A stretch of DNA of 64,000 nt from Mobula hypostoma. Taxonomy: Eukaryota. The translations under genes and the position numbers were made by a program. The DNA lies in assembly GCF_963921235.1 (NCBI RefSeq), contig NC_086097.1, positions 192,016,001-192,080,000 of the forward strand, written 5' to 3'. This document shows positions 50,029 to 62,545 of this stretch, one piece after another. Under the pieces are notes generated by a model. The model did no database searches and was not told the DNA's origin. It worked only from the letters and a program-made list of their open reading frames with translations. Positions within the stretch are counted from its first letter, which is position 1, and every line of letters starts with the position of its first letter.

Positions 50029-52996
50029 CTACAGATTACAATGGGAAGTAGAAAAGGCATGTTAAAGGGGCAATGTTATGATAGTCATGAGAGATATTAA
50101 CAAGGAGGATTGATTGGGAAAATTAGGTTGGTAATGGATCTCAAGAGAGTGAGTTTGTTGAGAGTGATATGTTTTTTTTAGAGCAGTTTGTCACTGAGCC
50201 TACTCAGTGATCAGCAATACTGGACTGGGTGTTATGTAATAAGACGGAGGTGATTAGGAAGCTTAAGGTAAAAGAGGCAGTGATCATAATATAATTGAGT
50301 TCAACTTGAAATTTGATAGGGAGAAAGTCTGACATTTCAGTAATTCAGTGGAGTAAAGGAAATTACAGTGGTATGAGAGAGGAGCTGGCCAAAGTAAGTT
50401 GGAAGGAGATGCCGGCAAAGATGTCAGCAGAGCAGCAATGATGAGCTTCTTGGAAAAATGAGGAAAGTACAGGATAGATGTATTCCAAAAATAAAGAAAT
50501 ACTCAAATGGCAAAATAGTACAACTGTGACTGACAAGAGAAGTCAAACCTAATGTAAAAGCAAAAGAGAGGCCATACAACAAAGCAAAAATTAATGGGAA
50601 GATAGGAGATTGGGAAGCTTTTAAACACCTACTGAGAGCAACTAAAATAATCATTAGGAGGGAAAAGATTAAATAGAAAAGCAAGCTAACAAGCAATATC
50701 AAAGTGGATAGTAAAAGCTTTTTCAAGTATGTAAAAAATAAAAGAAAGATGAAAGTGGATATAGGACTGCTAGAAAATAAGGTCGGAGAAATAATAATGG
50801 GGATCAAGGAGGTGGCAGATGAAATGAATGAGTATTTTGCATTAGTCTTCACTGTGGAAGACACTAGTGGTGTGGCAGATGTAGAGTGGTGTGAGGGAAG
50901 AGAAGTGAGTGTAGTTACTATTACAAGAGAGAAGGTGCTCAAAAAGCTGAAAGACCTAAGAGTGCATAAATCACCCAGACCAGATGAACTGCTCTCCAGG
51001 GTTGTGAAAGAGGTGGCGATAGAGATTGCAGAGGCAGTAGCAATGATCTTTTAAAAATCACTGGACTCTGGCGTGGCACCAGAGTACTGGAAAATTGCAT
51101 ATGAAACTCTACTCTTTAAGAAAGGAGGAAGTCAGCAGAAAAGAAATCATAGACTGGTTATCCTGAACACAATGGTTGGAAAGATGTTGGAGTCAATTGT
51201 TAAGGATGAGGTCATGGAGGACCTGGTGACACAGAACAAGATAGGACCAAATCAGCATGGTTTCCTTAAGTGAAAATCCTGCCTGATGAACCTGTTGGGA
51301 TTCTTTGAGGAGATTACAAGCAGGATAGATAAAGGGCAGGCAGTGGATGTTGTATATTTGGACTTTCAGAAGGCCTTTGATAAGGTGGCACATAAGAGCC
51401 ATCTTACTAAGTTAAGACCCCATGGTATTAAAGAAAAGTTACTATCATGGTTAGAACATTGGCTGATTGGTAGGAGGCAATGAGTGTGAATAAAAGGATC
51501 CTTTTCTGATTGTCGGCCAATTACTAGTGGTGTTCCACAAGGGTTGGTGTAGGGACTGCTTCTTTTTATGCTGCATATCAATGATATAGACGATGGAATA
51601 GATGACTTTGTTGCCAAGTTTACAGATGACACAAAAATTGGTGGAGAGGCCGGTAGTGTTGAGGAAACAGGTAGGCTGCAGAATGACTTAGACAGTTAGG
51701 AGAATGGGCAAGAAAGTGGCAAGTGAAATACAATGTTGGAAAATGCATGGTAATGCACTTTGGTAAAAGAAATAGATCTGCAGACTATTTTAAATGGGGA
51801 GAAATTCCAAAATTCTGAAATGCAAATGTATTTCAGAGTACTTGTGCAGAATACCCTAAGGGTTAACTTATCAGGTAGAATCAGTGGTGAGGAAGGCAAA
51901 TGCAATGTTAGCATTCATTTCAAGAGATCTAGAATACAAGAGCAGCGATGTGAGGCTTTATAAGGCACTGGTGAGGCCTCACCTTGTATATTGTGAACAG
52001 TTTTGTGCCCCTTATCTAACAAAATGTGTGCTGGCATTCGAGGGGGTTCAGAGGAGGTTCACAGGGATGATTTTGGGAATGAAAGGGTTATAATATGAGG
52101 AATGTTTGACAGCTCTGGGTTTGTATTCACTGGAATTCAGAGGAATGTAATGGTGAGGTTTTATAACACATTGGTCAGACCACCCTTGGAGTACTGTGAG
52201 CAGCTTGGGGCCCCTTATCTGAGAAACGATGCGCTGAAGAGAGGCTGGAGGAGGTTCACGTGAATGATTCTAGGAATGAAAGGGTTTACATAAGAGGAGT
52301 GAGTACTTGCTTGAGTTTGGAAGAATGAGGTGGTATTTCATTGAAACCTTCTGAATACTGAAAGGCCTAACTAGAGCAGATGTGGAAAGTATGTTTCCTA
52401 TAGTGAGGGAGTCTAGGACCAGAGGGCATAGAGGGACATCCCTTTAGAACAGAGATGAGAAGGAATTTCTTTAGCCAGATGTTGGTGAATCTGTGGAACT
52501 CATTGCTACAGGCGACTATGGAGACCAAGTCGTTGGGTATATGTAAAGTGGAGATTAATAATTTCTTGATGAAAAAGGGTGTCAAAGGTTATGAGAAGGC
52601 AGGAGAATAGGGCTGAGATGGAAAGTGGAGAAGACTCGATGGGCTGAATGGCCTAATTCTGCTCCGATATCATATAGTCCTATGGACTTAATTGTCTTGT
52701 CTGTCATATTTGTCAGAAGATATAGGCACTAGAACTTTCTTTTTCCTTTCTTGCATCCCAGCTGGCTTGTTGTGTGTATCTTACCACCCCAGAGGAATTA
52801 CAGCCTGGCTTTGCCTGGATAGACGGCAACAAATTGGATGCTTTAGACAAAGAAATATTTTTCAATTTCCTGCTTTCCTTCATTATGAGATCCCTCCAAT
52901 GTCCCTCCTCCCAAATAATGATATAATTCATTAAGCAGTTACTATATGATTTATTTGTGCCTCAGTCTTTGTAATACACTCCTAGCAACTAACATG

Positions 52997-53216
52997 CAAC
53001 ACACAAAATGCTGGAGGAACTCAGCAGGCCAGGCAGCATCTATGGAAAAGAATAAACTGTTGATGTTTTGGGTTGAGACCCTTCATCAGGACAGAAGTGG
53101 CCCAAAAATTCAACTGTTTACTTTTTTCCATAGATGCTGTCGAGCCTTCCGAGTTTCTCCAGCATCTTGTGTGTGTTACTTTGGATTTCTAGCATCTGCA
53201 GATTTTATTGTGTTTT
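52997..53216. mobile_element. PLE fold-back hairpin insertion
   Basis: 14-bp TSD TAGCAACTAACATG at 52983-52996 and 53217-53230; inverted arms; 37-nt tail at 53180-53216. Confidence 0.85.
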
Positions 53217-53769
53217 TAGCAACTAACATGACCTGATTTTCAACATAGTTAATATTGTAAGAAAAAGTTTACAGCTTACCAGATTGAGTGAAATTCCAGC
53301 AAAACTTTAGAAGTTTGACACAGTCATGGGCACAGCAGACTAGTTGATTCACATCCCCAATCCACCTTCGTGAACATTGTTTCCTCCATAGTCGTAATTC
53401 AGCTGGAGGGTGCACCATCTACAATCTAATGGAAGCTTCATCACCAGCACCTCTGCAATCCATATTTATGCTTGTGAGATCAAACGAAACAGCCAAATGC
53501 AATGACCAAATGCATGTCATATGGCAGGCCACACACTCAAAGCTATGTTGCTGCTTCTTCATTGCCACAGGATCAAAAAAACTTTGATTCCCAGTCTCAC
53601 AAGACTACAAGATTATTTTCACCAAACTGCAAGATTGCAGTCATTAGTATTAAGAATGAAGCAATAAATAGTGACCTTAAGAGAAGAATGATTGATGATC
53701 TATAAAGAGCTATAAAGACATACAGCACAGTGACTACAGACCGGTGGCATTGACCTCCCCATCATGAAG

Positions 53770-54355
53770 ACCCTGTAGAGACTTGTTTCCTGAGGAGACT
53801 GAGGTCCTTTAACATCTGCCAGATGATGCTGAGGATGTTCTACGAGTCTGTGGTGGCCAGTGCGATCATGTTTGCTGTTGTGTGCTGGGGCAGCAGGCTG
53901 AGGGTAGCAGACACCAACAGAATCAACAAACTCATTCGTAAGGCCAGTGATGTTGTGGGGATGGAACTGGACTCTCTGACAGCGGTGTCTGAAAAGAGGA
54001 TGCTGTCCAAGTTGCATGCCATCTTGGTCAATGTCTCCCATCCACTACATAATGTACTGGGTGGGCACAGGAGTACATTCAGCCAGAGACTCATTCCACC
54101 GAGATGCAGCACAGAGCATCATAGGAAGTCATTCCTGCCTGTGGCCATCAAACTTTACAACTCCTCCCTTAGAGGGTCAGACACCCTGAGCCAGTAGGTT
54201 GGTCCTGGACTTATTTCATAATTTACTGGCATAATTTACATATTACTATTTAACTATCTATGGTTCTATTACTATTTATTATTTATGTTGCAACTGTAAT
54301 GAAAACCAGTTTCCTCCGGGATCAATAAAGTATGACTATGACTATGACTATGACT
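53770..54355 (+). mobile_element. Rex1/Babar 3' fragment
   Basis: ORF 53823-54197 (FYESVVASAIMFAVVCWG...SFLPVAIKLYN); AATAAA followed by a (TATGAC)n tail. Confidence 0.85.
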
Positions 54356-55884
54356 AAAAAACAAGACCTTTGAGACATGGGGTATGCACTAATTATCAAC
54401 CACCCAGCTGCAGAAATCCTCCATTAACCTTAATTTTTTTCTTCCTACGGTCTCATTGACTCCTTTCAAATTCTATCACCCACCTACCCACGCGGGACCA
54501 TTTACAGTCGCCAATAAACCCATTCAAAATGCATATGTCTGAGGGGAGGAGGATGTTGCTAGAGCACCTGGAGGAGAGCCATGTGGTCACAGGGAGAACA
54601 TGTAAACCTAAAGTTTGGATTAAACCCACTGTGAGACTGTAAATTTACTAGCTGCTTTTCCGTGCAATCCTACGTTATTTATATATGTCAGATCCTGTAG
54701 GAGCTTGACAGGGATGCAGCTGTAGCTGGTGGAGGATTTAGAAAGGAGAATAGTTTCAGAATATCTTGCCTGTTTAAGACTCAGATTAGAATGAATTTCT
54801 TCCCTCAAAATGCCATAACACTGGAAGGTTCCATCCTAAGCATGTTCATGGCTGGGTTCCCAGAATCAAAGGTTATGAGGACCAGAGAGCAAGATGGAAC
54901 TGAGGCCGAGATCAGATCAGCCCTGATTGTTCCGAATAACAGAATAAGTTTGAAGGGCCAATCAATATTCCCATTCTTTAAAATATTAAAACGATCAAAA
55001 TGTTATTTTATTACCTCTTCCTAAAGGCATGCATAATATTTTGACACAATTTCAGTCTGAATGAACATGTGATTCTAACTAAGCTGAGCTCCAGAGCTGT
55101 GGCTTCAGAAATAAAATTATAATATGTAAACATGCATTATAGTTCTTTTCATTCAACATTTGTCCCCTGTAATTTCAAAATTATAAACAGTAGAAAACTG
55201 AATTGAGTATACCCAATAATTATGTCTGTTTTGATTAACAATATTTCCAGCATCAAAAGGGAAGCTGTACTTCGATGGGCACCCTGGGCTGATAAAGGAT
55301 ACCTCCATCTGCATGAGCCCAGGTATGGACTAATGTACTGAGGAAGATATGCCATTTTCCAAACAATAGTTCATGAATAGAACTAAACTCCAGAGTAGAA
55401 GATAGAAAACATCGATTCAGAATTGATTCCTCAAAGCTGTTTTGTCTTCACCACCATGTATCTGCTTAGGGTTGCATGTAAGCTTCCTCCTGGAGAGCAA
55501 CTGCAAACAGATCTCTCTGGGCAAAATCTATCTCAGTTAATATAAATAGAGTATAAACTTAGTTAATATTGCAGTTTGAAACATCTCTTCAATCTCATCA
55601 TACCACACGCAATGTAAAACTTTAAATATTACTTTATTATGAATGTTCAGGATTGAGATAATGAAAAAGTTCTTCAAAAATTCATTTAATTTTATGATGA
55701 ACTAATATTTCACTATAGTAAGGTGGTAAATAAATATCATTTTACCTTATATTTTAGGATTAATACAATTCTATACATATAGATTAAATGGCCATACATA
55801 CATACTGTAGCTGTTGAAGTAATTTTCTGTTTGCAGAAAAACAAGTCACCTATTCCTGTTTCCAATCAGGAATTACAATGGAGG

Positions 55885-58540
55885 TTCAAAGTTCAAAGGA
55901 AATTTATTTTCGAAGTACATAAATGTCACCATTTGCATCCCTGAGATTTTTCTTGTGTGCATTCACAGTAAATAAAAGAAACACAATAGAGTTAATGAAA
56001 AACCACACACAAGATGGACAAATACCAAAGTGCAAAAGGCAATAAAATGGGCAAATTAGTTTAGGTTTCCTGGTTTTTCCATTGACACAGGAAACCAGGA
56101 AACCAAACAATGAGGAGGAACCCATCACTACCACCCGTCTTCCCTATATTTCCATGGTTTCTGGAAGATCGCCATTATCCTGAAGAAATACCAGATTAGT
56201 ACCATCCACAAATTCATAAGGAAGTTCAAATCACAGCTTATGAGGTTCAAAGATGACCTGCGACTCAGGACAGCTGGTGGTTACAAGATTCTCTGTGAAT
56301 GCAGAGCAATGTATATCATTCAGAAGGGTGTGCAGTGGAAACCCACATCAAGGAGCACAGGAGGTGTATCTGTTTGGGTTACCCAGAGAAATCGGCAGTA
56401 ACAGAACATTGCATTCATAAGGGCCATATGATTGACTTTGAGGGCACAAAACTAATGTGCCGTGCCAATGACTTTCGGGACCGCTTGGTAAAGAAAGCCA
56501 TTGAAGTGAAACTGGGGAATTTTTTTTAACAAAGACGAAGGTCTCAAGCTAAATAAGATGAGATTGGTGGGATAGGTGAAACTTGATCGGATGAGGACTA
56601 ACCAATCATGAGGGAGGTACTTTGGGGGTATATATACCCCCGGAGTAGACATGCCTAGGCATCATCCCTGATGAAGATGGCAGAGTCTGACATCAAAACT
56701 CCTGTACCTAGCTGGAAGCCTGAGAATAGTTTGTTTATTCGTCTACTGCTTATCCCTCTACTTCAAGAAACTGATGGTTGAGGAGTAATAACTGGTGGTG
56801 TGGGTCCAGAAGCTTCTGTACTGCCTTCTTGATGGCAGCAGTGAGATGACAGCATGGCCTGGATGGTGTGGTGGGTCTTTGATGATAGATCCTGCTTTCC
56901 TGTGGCAGCGCTCCATGTAGATGTGTTCAGTGGTGGGGAGAATTTTACCCATAATGGACTGGACTGTATCCAGTACTTCTTGGACACTGGTGTTTCCGTA
57001 TCAGGCCGTAATGCAACCAGTCAATGTATTCTCCACCACACACCTATAGAAGTTTGTCAATGTTTTAGATGTCATGCAGAATCCACGCAAACTCCTAAGG
57101 AAGTCGAGAGGCTGCTGTGCTTTCTTTGGAATGGCACTTACATGTTGGACCCAGAACAGATCCTCGGAGATGAAAATACCACGGAATTTAAAACTGCTGA
57201 CCTTCTCCACCTCTGATCCCCGGATGAGGACTGGCTCACAGAACTCTAGTTTCCTCCTCCTGAAGTCAATAATTAACTCCTTGGCCTTGCTGACATTGAG
57301 TGAGAGGTTGTTTTTGTGGCACCACTCAGCCAGATTTTCAATCTCTCTCCTATATGCTGATTCATCACCACCTTTGATTCGGCCAACGATAGTGGTGTCA
57401 TCAGCAAACTTAAATATGGCATTGCAACTGTGCTTAGCCTCACAGTCATAAAGATAAATTGAGTAGAGCAATGGGCTAAGCACACAGCCTTGTGGTGCAC
57501 TTGTGCTGATGGTGATTGTGGAGGCGATGTTGTTGCCAATCCAAACTGATTGGGGTCTGCAAGTGAGGAAACCGACAACCAGTTGCATAAGGAGGTATTG
57601 AGGCCTGGGTCCTGGAGCTTAGTGATTAGTTTTGTGGGGATGAGAGTACCAAATGCTGAGCTGTAGTCAATGAAGAGCATCCTGATATATGCATCTTCAC
57701 TATCCAGATGTTTCAGGGTTGAATGACGAGCCAAGGAAATGACATGTGCTGTTGACTTGGTGCGACAATTGGCAAATTGGAGCAGATCCAAGTCACTTCT
57801 CAGGCAGGAATTGATATGTTTTATCACCAACCTCTCAAAGCACTTCATCACAGTAATGCAGGTGCTACTGGGCGATAGCCATTGTGACAGGTTACCACGT
57901 TCTGGTTAGGCACTGGTAAAATTGAAGCCTGCACGAAGGCGGTGGGTACCTCAGACTGCCAAAGCAAGAGGTTAAAGATATCAGTTTGCACTCCAGCCAA
58001 CTGATTGGCACTGGTTTTTAGTACTCAATCACTATTCCATTTGGGCCAGATGATTTTCATGGGTTCACCCTCCTGAAGGATGCTCTCATGTCAGTCTCAG
58101 ACATTGAAATCACAGGATCATCAGGGGCTGTGGGAGTTCGTGAGGGCGCTTCATGTTTTGATGGTCAAAGTGAGCATAACAGAGATTGAGTTCATCTGGG
58201 AGTGAAACAAATATCACCTGCTTCACTTTGCTTCATTTTGTAAGAGGTGCTAGCTTTCAAGCCCTGCCACAGCTGTTGAGCATCCTTCATTGATTCAGGT
58301 TTGGTCTGGAATTGCCACTTCACAAGTGAGATGGCTTTCCAGAGGTCGCATCTGGACATTTTGTATTTTATTCAGCCGCCAGACCTGAACACCACGCGAT
58401 TGCGGATGTCATGGCTTATCCAAGGCTTCCATTTGGGGAAGATGCTGAATGATTTTATGGGACACACTCATCTACAACTGTTCTTTATAAATTCCGTAAC
58501 AACTATGGCATATTTATTGAGATCTTTTGATGAGCCTCTG
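55885..58540 (-). mobile_element. Rex1/Babar LINE interrupted by a Penelope-like insertion
   Basis: ORFs 57001-57588 and 57273-57851 (DYSSAF, PQGCVLSPLLY, KFADDTT); 3'UTR and tail at 55885-56050. Confidence 0.88.
56085..56740 (+). mobile_element. Second Penelope-like family (Poseidon/Penelope-type GIY-YIG C-terminus)
   Basis: GGYKILCECRAMYIIQ..ETHIKEH..SAVTEHC..RLVKKAIEVK; degenerate hammerhead CTGATGAAGATG...CATCAAAAC near 56668-56699. Confidence 0.8.
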
Positions 58541-59433
58541 AATAATTCCATAGCTTCTTCTTCACCTCCCAAAAACATCTCATTATTATCTTTACCTTTG
58601 GAGTCTTGCTCTTTAGCCTCTGTCTGCATGCAGGTAGGAGGAAGGATATGGTCAGATTTCCCATTGGCTTCCTAATTGTAGTATAACCATGGCTGAGTGT
58701 TAAATTCCTCTGAGCTACTTCCGCTCACCCTCGGCTAAATCATTTTCTCTTGTTCTAACTAAGTTCAGTGATTGTGCTGAAACTGTAAAACGTAATTTCA
58801 TATTCACGCTTTAAAGGTACCTTACTTTCAGAGATAGAATAATACACAGGATTCTGGAGTTATGTGGCTCTGTTTTGAAAATAATGGAACTATCCAAAGT
58901 CAACTGTATGGCCTTATCCAAGGATCTGTGATCTGACTCACTGGGCTCTTTGCTCAACTCTCAAGCCCACCTGGTACAAAGTCTCATCCAGAACAAGGAC
59001 CAAGTGAGAACAGTAGGCCAGGCAGTTTGGATCAGCTGTACAAGATTAAATTGCTTTTGGGGCCAAGGATTCAACTGGTACTGGGGCAGATTCTGAAAGC
59101 ACAGGGATTTGTCCGAGTCTGAGACCAGGGATCAAAATGGGCATAGGAATGGGGATCGAACTGGGGGAGGGGAAAGAGTCTCACGGACAATCGCCTGGCA
59201 GGTCTGATCTTCTGGGTTATCTAGATGCATGTTTATATCCAGCTTTAGATCAAGTGTACCTTTCTTGTGGGCAAAGGTTTACAATTAAAACAACAGTACA
59301 GAAACACTTCTGTTCTGTATAATATTGAGTCAACATGCTGATGGGAACAAATCCCCCTTACTGTAATTTCAAAGAGCTGGTCCAGAACAAACGGACTACC
59401 TGAACTGAGCACCTTTTATTTTGTTAATTGTTC

Positions 59434-60622
59434 CATAGAACATAGTACATAGAAATCTACAGCACATCACAAGCCCTTATGCCTACAATGTTGTGCCAAC
59501 CATGTAATCTACTCTAGATGTTGCCTAGAATTTCCCTAGTACATAGCCCTTTACTTTTCTAAGCTCCATGTACCTATCTAGGAGTTTCTTAAAAGACCCT
59601 ATTGTATCTGCCTCCACCACCGTCACTGGCAGTGCATTACATGCACCCACCACTCTGCGTGAAAAACTTACCCCTGACATCCCCTCAGTACCTACTTCCA
59701 AGCATTAGGAAGCTTAAAATTATGCTTCCTCCTGTTATCCATTTCAGCCTTGAGAAAAAGCCTCTAGCTATCTATAGGCTCAATGCCGCTCATCATCTTA
59801 TACACCTCTATAAGGTCACCTCTCATCCTCTATTGCTCTGAGGAGAAAAGGCCAAGTTCATTCAACCTATTCTCATAAGGCAAGCTCTCCAATCCAGGCA
59901 ACATCTTTGAAAATCTCCTCTGCACTCTCTCTATAGTATCCACATCCTTCCTGTAGTGAGGTGACCAGAAATGAACACAGTGCTCCAGGTGGTGCCTGAC
60001 CAGGATCCTATATAGCTGTAACATTACCTCATGGCACTTGGAACTCAATCCCATGGTTGATGAAGGCCAGCACTTCATATGCCTTCTTAACAACTCTGCC
60101 AACCTGCACAGCAGCTTTGTGTGTCTTATGAACACGGACCCCAAGATCTCTTTGATCCTCCACACTGCCCATGAGTCTTACCATTAATAATACATACTGT
60201 CTTCAAATTTGACCTACCAAAATGAACCACTTCAAACTTATTTGGGTTGAACTCCATCTGCCACTTCTCAGCCCGGTTCTGCATCCTATCAATGTTCCGC
60301 TGTAACCTCTGACAACCCTCCAGACTATCCACAACACCAACCTTTGTGTCATCAACAAACTTACTAAACTACCCTTCTATTTCTTCATTCAGGACATTTA
60401 TCAAAATCACAAAGAGGAGCGGTCCAGAACAGATCCTTGAGGCACAACCCTGGTCACTGACCTCCATGCACAATACAAACCATCTACAACCACCCTTTGC
60501 CTTGTGTGGGCAAGCCAATTCTAGATCTACAAAGCAAAGTCTCCTTGGATCCCATGCCTCCTTACTTTCTAAATGAGCCTCGCATGGGGAACCTTATCAA
60601 ATGCCTTACTGAAATCTATACT
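59434..60622 (-). mobile_element. CR1 (family B-like) 5'-truncated copy
   Basis: Similar to 2001-3090; RT remnant ORFs 59830-60332. Confidence 0.88.
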
Positions 60623-60639
60623 ATTCTAATATCTATTAA

Positions 60640-61050
60640 TATTCTCAACTCCATTGGCTGACCATAGACCATCTTTTTCCCTCTTTTTCTATTCCCCACT
60701 CTGGCTTCTTAGATCTTCTTAGATCTTCTCCTCAATCACCTCCCTCTGCTGCCCCTCCTTCTCTTTCCCCCATAATCCACTCTCCTCTCCTACCAGATTC
60801 CTTGTTCTCCAGCTCTTTACCTTTCCCACCCATCTGGCTTCACCTATCACCTTCTAGCTGGTCCTCATTTTCCTCCAACCTCCTTTTAATCCTGGCATCT
60901 TCCCATTCCTTTCCAGTCCTGAAGAAGGGCCTTGAGCTGAAACATCTACTGTTTATTCATTTCTATAGATGCTGCCTGACCTGCTCAGTTCCTCCTGCAT
61001 TTTGTGTGTGTTACTCTGGAATTGCAGCATGTACAGAATCTCTTGTGTTT
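60640..61050 (+). mobile_element. PLE 3'UTR and terminal repeat with a partly degenerate hammerhead (60915-60950)
   Basis: AGTC CTGAAGA AGGGCCTTGAGCT GAAACATC TACT followed by the shared terminal block. Confidence 0.75.
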
Positions 61051-61170
61051 ATGATTTACTGTTACCGTGAGCTTTTTATTTCTCATTGTCTGCAGCCTAA
61101 ATATTAACAAAGCTCAGTTGGGCCGAAATGTTTGTTGCAAGCTATGAGTCTTTTCAATATAGTATATATT

Positions 61171-61435
61171 GGCTGGCTGATGGCGCAATGGTGTCAGTGC
61201 CGAACTTCGGAGCAAAGGCTCCTGAGTTAAAGTTCAAGTCGGGCCAGCCCCCAGGCACACTTTCCATTTGTGCCGGGTTGAGAGTCGAGCTAGCCACTCG
61301 GCCTCATAAAAAAAACAAGAGTCGAGTCAGGAACATTCATATTGTGACCCGGTTAATCCAAAAGGAGACCAATCCTGACACCACGCGCCAGACAAGAATG
61401 GCCGACTGTCTGGTGCGACACGCTAGGAAGGAAGG
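61171..61435 (+). mobile_element. tRNA-derived SINE
   Basis: Box A TGGCGCAATGG, box B-like GTTCAAGTC, (GGAA)n tail; approximate TSD AATAT(A/G)GTATA at 61156-61166 and 61436-61446. Confidence 0.72.
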
Positions 61436-62409
61436 AATATGGTATAACACAGAAGCACATTGCAAAAAAACATTTGCATGAACAACTGCGTTTCAGTTCT
61501 TCATTTCATATCAGGTGAAGTTATGGATCCCTTCTACAATACAGCATGAAGTTCAAGTGCTTCCCTCAAAGTGGATCGTTACTGAACAGACATTATATAT
61601 TGTACGCACACAGACATCTTGTTTACGCAGAAGACATGTAAGTACACAAGATAAAATTGCAGATCCTCTAAACTGCAGTGTATTGCCTAAGAAGTCAGAA
61701 AAATCAATTTTCACATTCATATATACGTACATACGGCATGGAAACAGACTATCTCTGCTCATGTCTGCCAGCAATTATCCTTCTCTACTAATCCAATTTT
61801 CTAGCAATTGGCTCATGGCTTCCTCTAGCTTTGGATTTCAGGTGCTCAGCTAACTACTTCTTAAATGTTGACAACTACCTCTGTTGATGATGAAAATATA
61901 ATAATAACTGTCGCAGAGCACACCCTCTCTAACGGCTCACGCATATTTTTGTTTAACTTGTGCACAAGGAAAACAGCACCCACACTGAACAGAAGACTAT
62001 TTTTATACAGAATTGGCAGTGTCCAGGGCCGGGGTCATACAGCGAGGAACGACCAGATGTTTGGACAATTTAAACACTGGGCCAGATGGATTGAAAAGGT
62101 AGAGTGTCAGGACTTGCGCGCTGTTCCACTATTTTCACTCCACTGAAGCTGAGGCAGAGGCTGCTCCGGGCTTCAAGTCTGAGGACTCACTTTCGTTCTA
62201 AATGCTATTTGCTTACTTCTAATGTTTTTTATTCCCCTCTGCACATTGGGTGTTCATATTTAAAAACAAACAATGGGTTCTGTCAGGTTTCTTTGCTTTG
62301 AAAGGAAATGAATATCAGTTGCATAATGTAAGCACACTTTGATAATAAACGTACTTTGAACTTTGATGCCTTCAGAGATCCTTGGACACACCTCATTGTT
62401 CTTCAGTGC

Positions 62410-62545
62410 TGTCCTGATGAAGGGTCTCAGGCTGAAACATTGACTGTTTACTCTTTTCCATTGATGCTGCCTGGGCTGCTGAGATCCTCCAGCCTTTTGT
62501 ACGCATTGCTTGGATTTCCAACATCTGCAGATTTTCTTCTTTGTG
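62410..62545 (+). mobile_element. PLE terminal-repeat fragment starting at the hammerhead motif
   Basis: GTC CTGATGA AGGGTCTCAGGCT GAAACATT GAC followed by the shared terminal block. Confidence 0.75.

Larger units (their letters stand above)
47900..52690 (+). mobile_element. Near full-length decayed CR1 ORF2 with two nested insertions and a doubled 3' segment
   Basis: APE (GGGVVLL, YRPPNS) and RT (QHGFLK, YLDFQKAFDKV, KFTDDTK). The RPHL/RRFT segment appears twice (about 51960-52140 and 52150-52330). Confidence 0.88.

Noticed and set aside
61171..61250. tRNA gene
   Set aside because: A/B-box-like head without a proper cloverleaf, continuing into a SINE body and tail
8801..62545. Classifying the ribozyme repeats as LTR-type retrozymes or a CRISPR-like array
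   Set aside because: No tandem direct repeats with spacers and no PBS/PPT; the copies are dispersed and linked to GIY-YIG PLE ends
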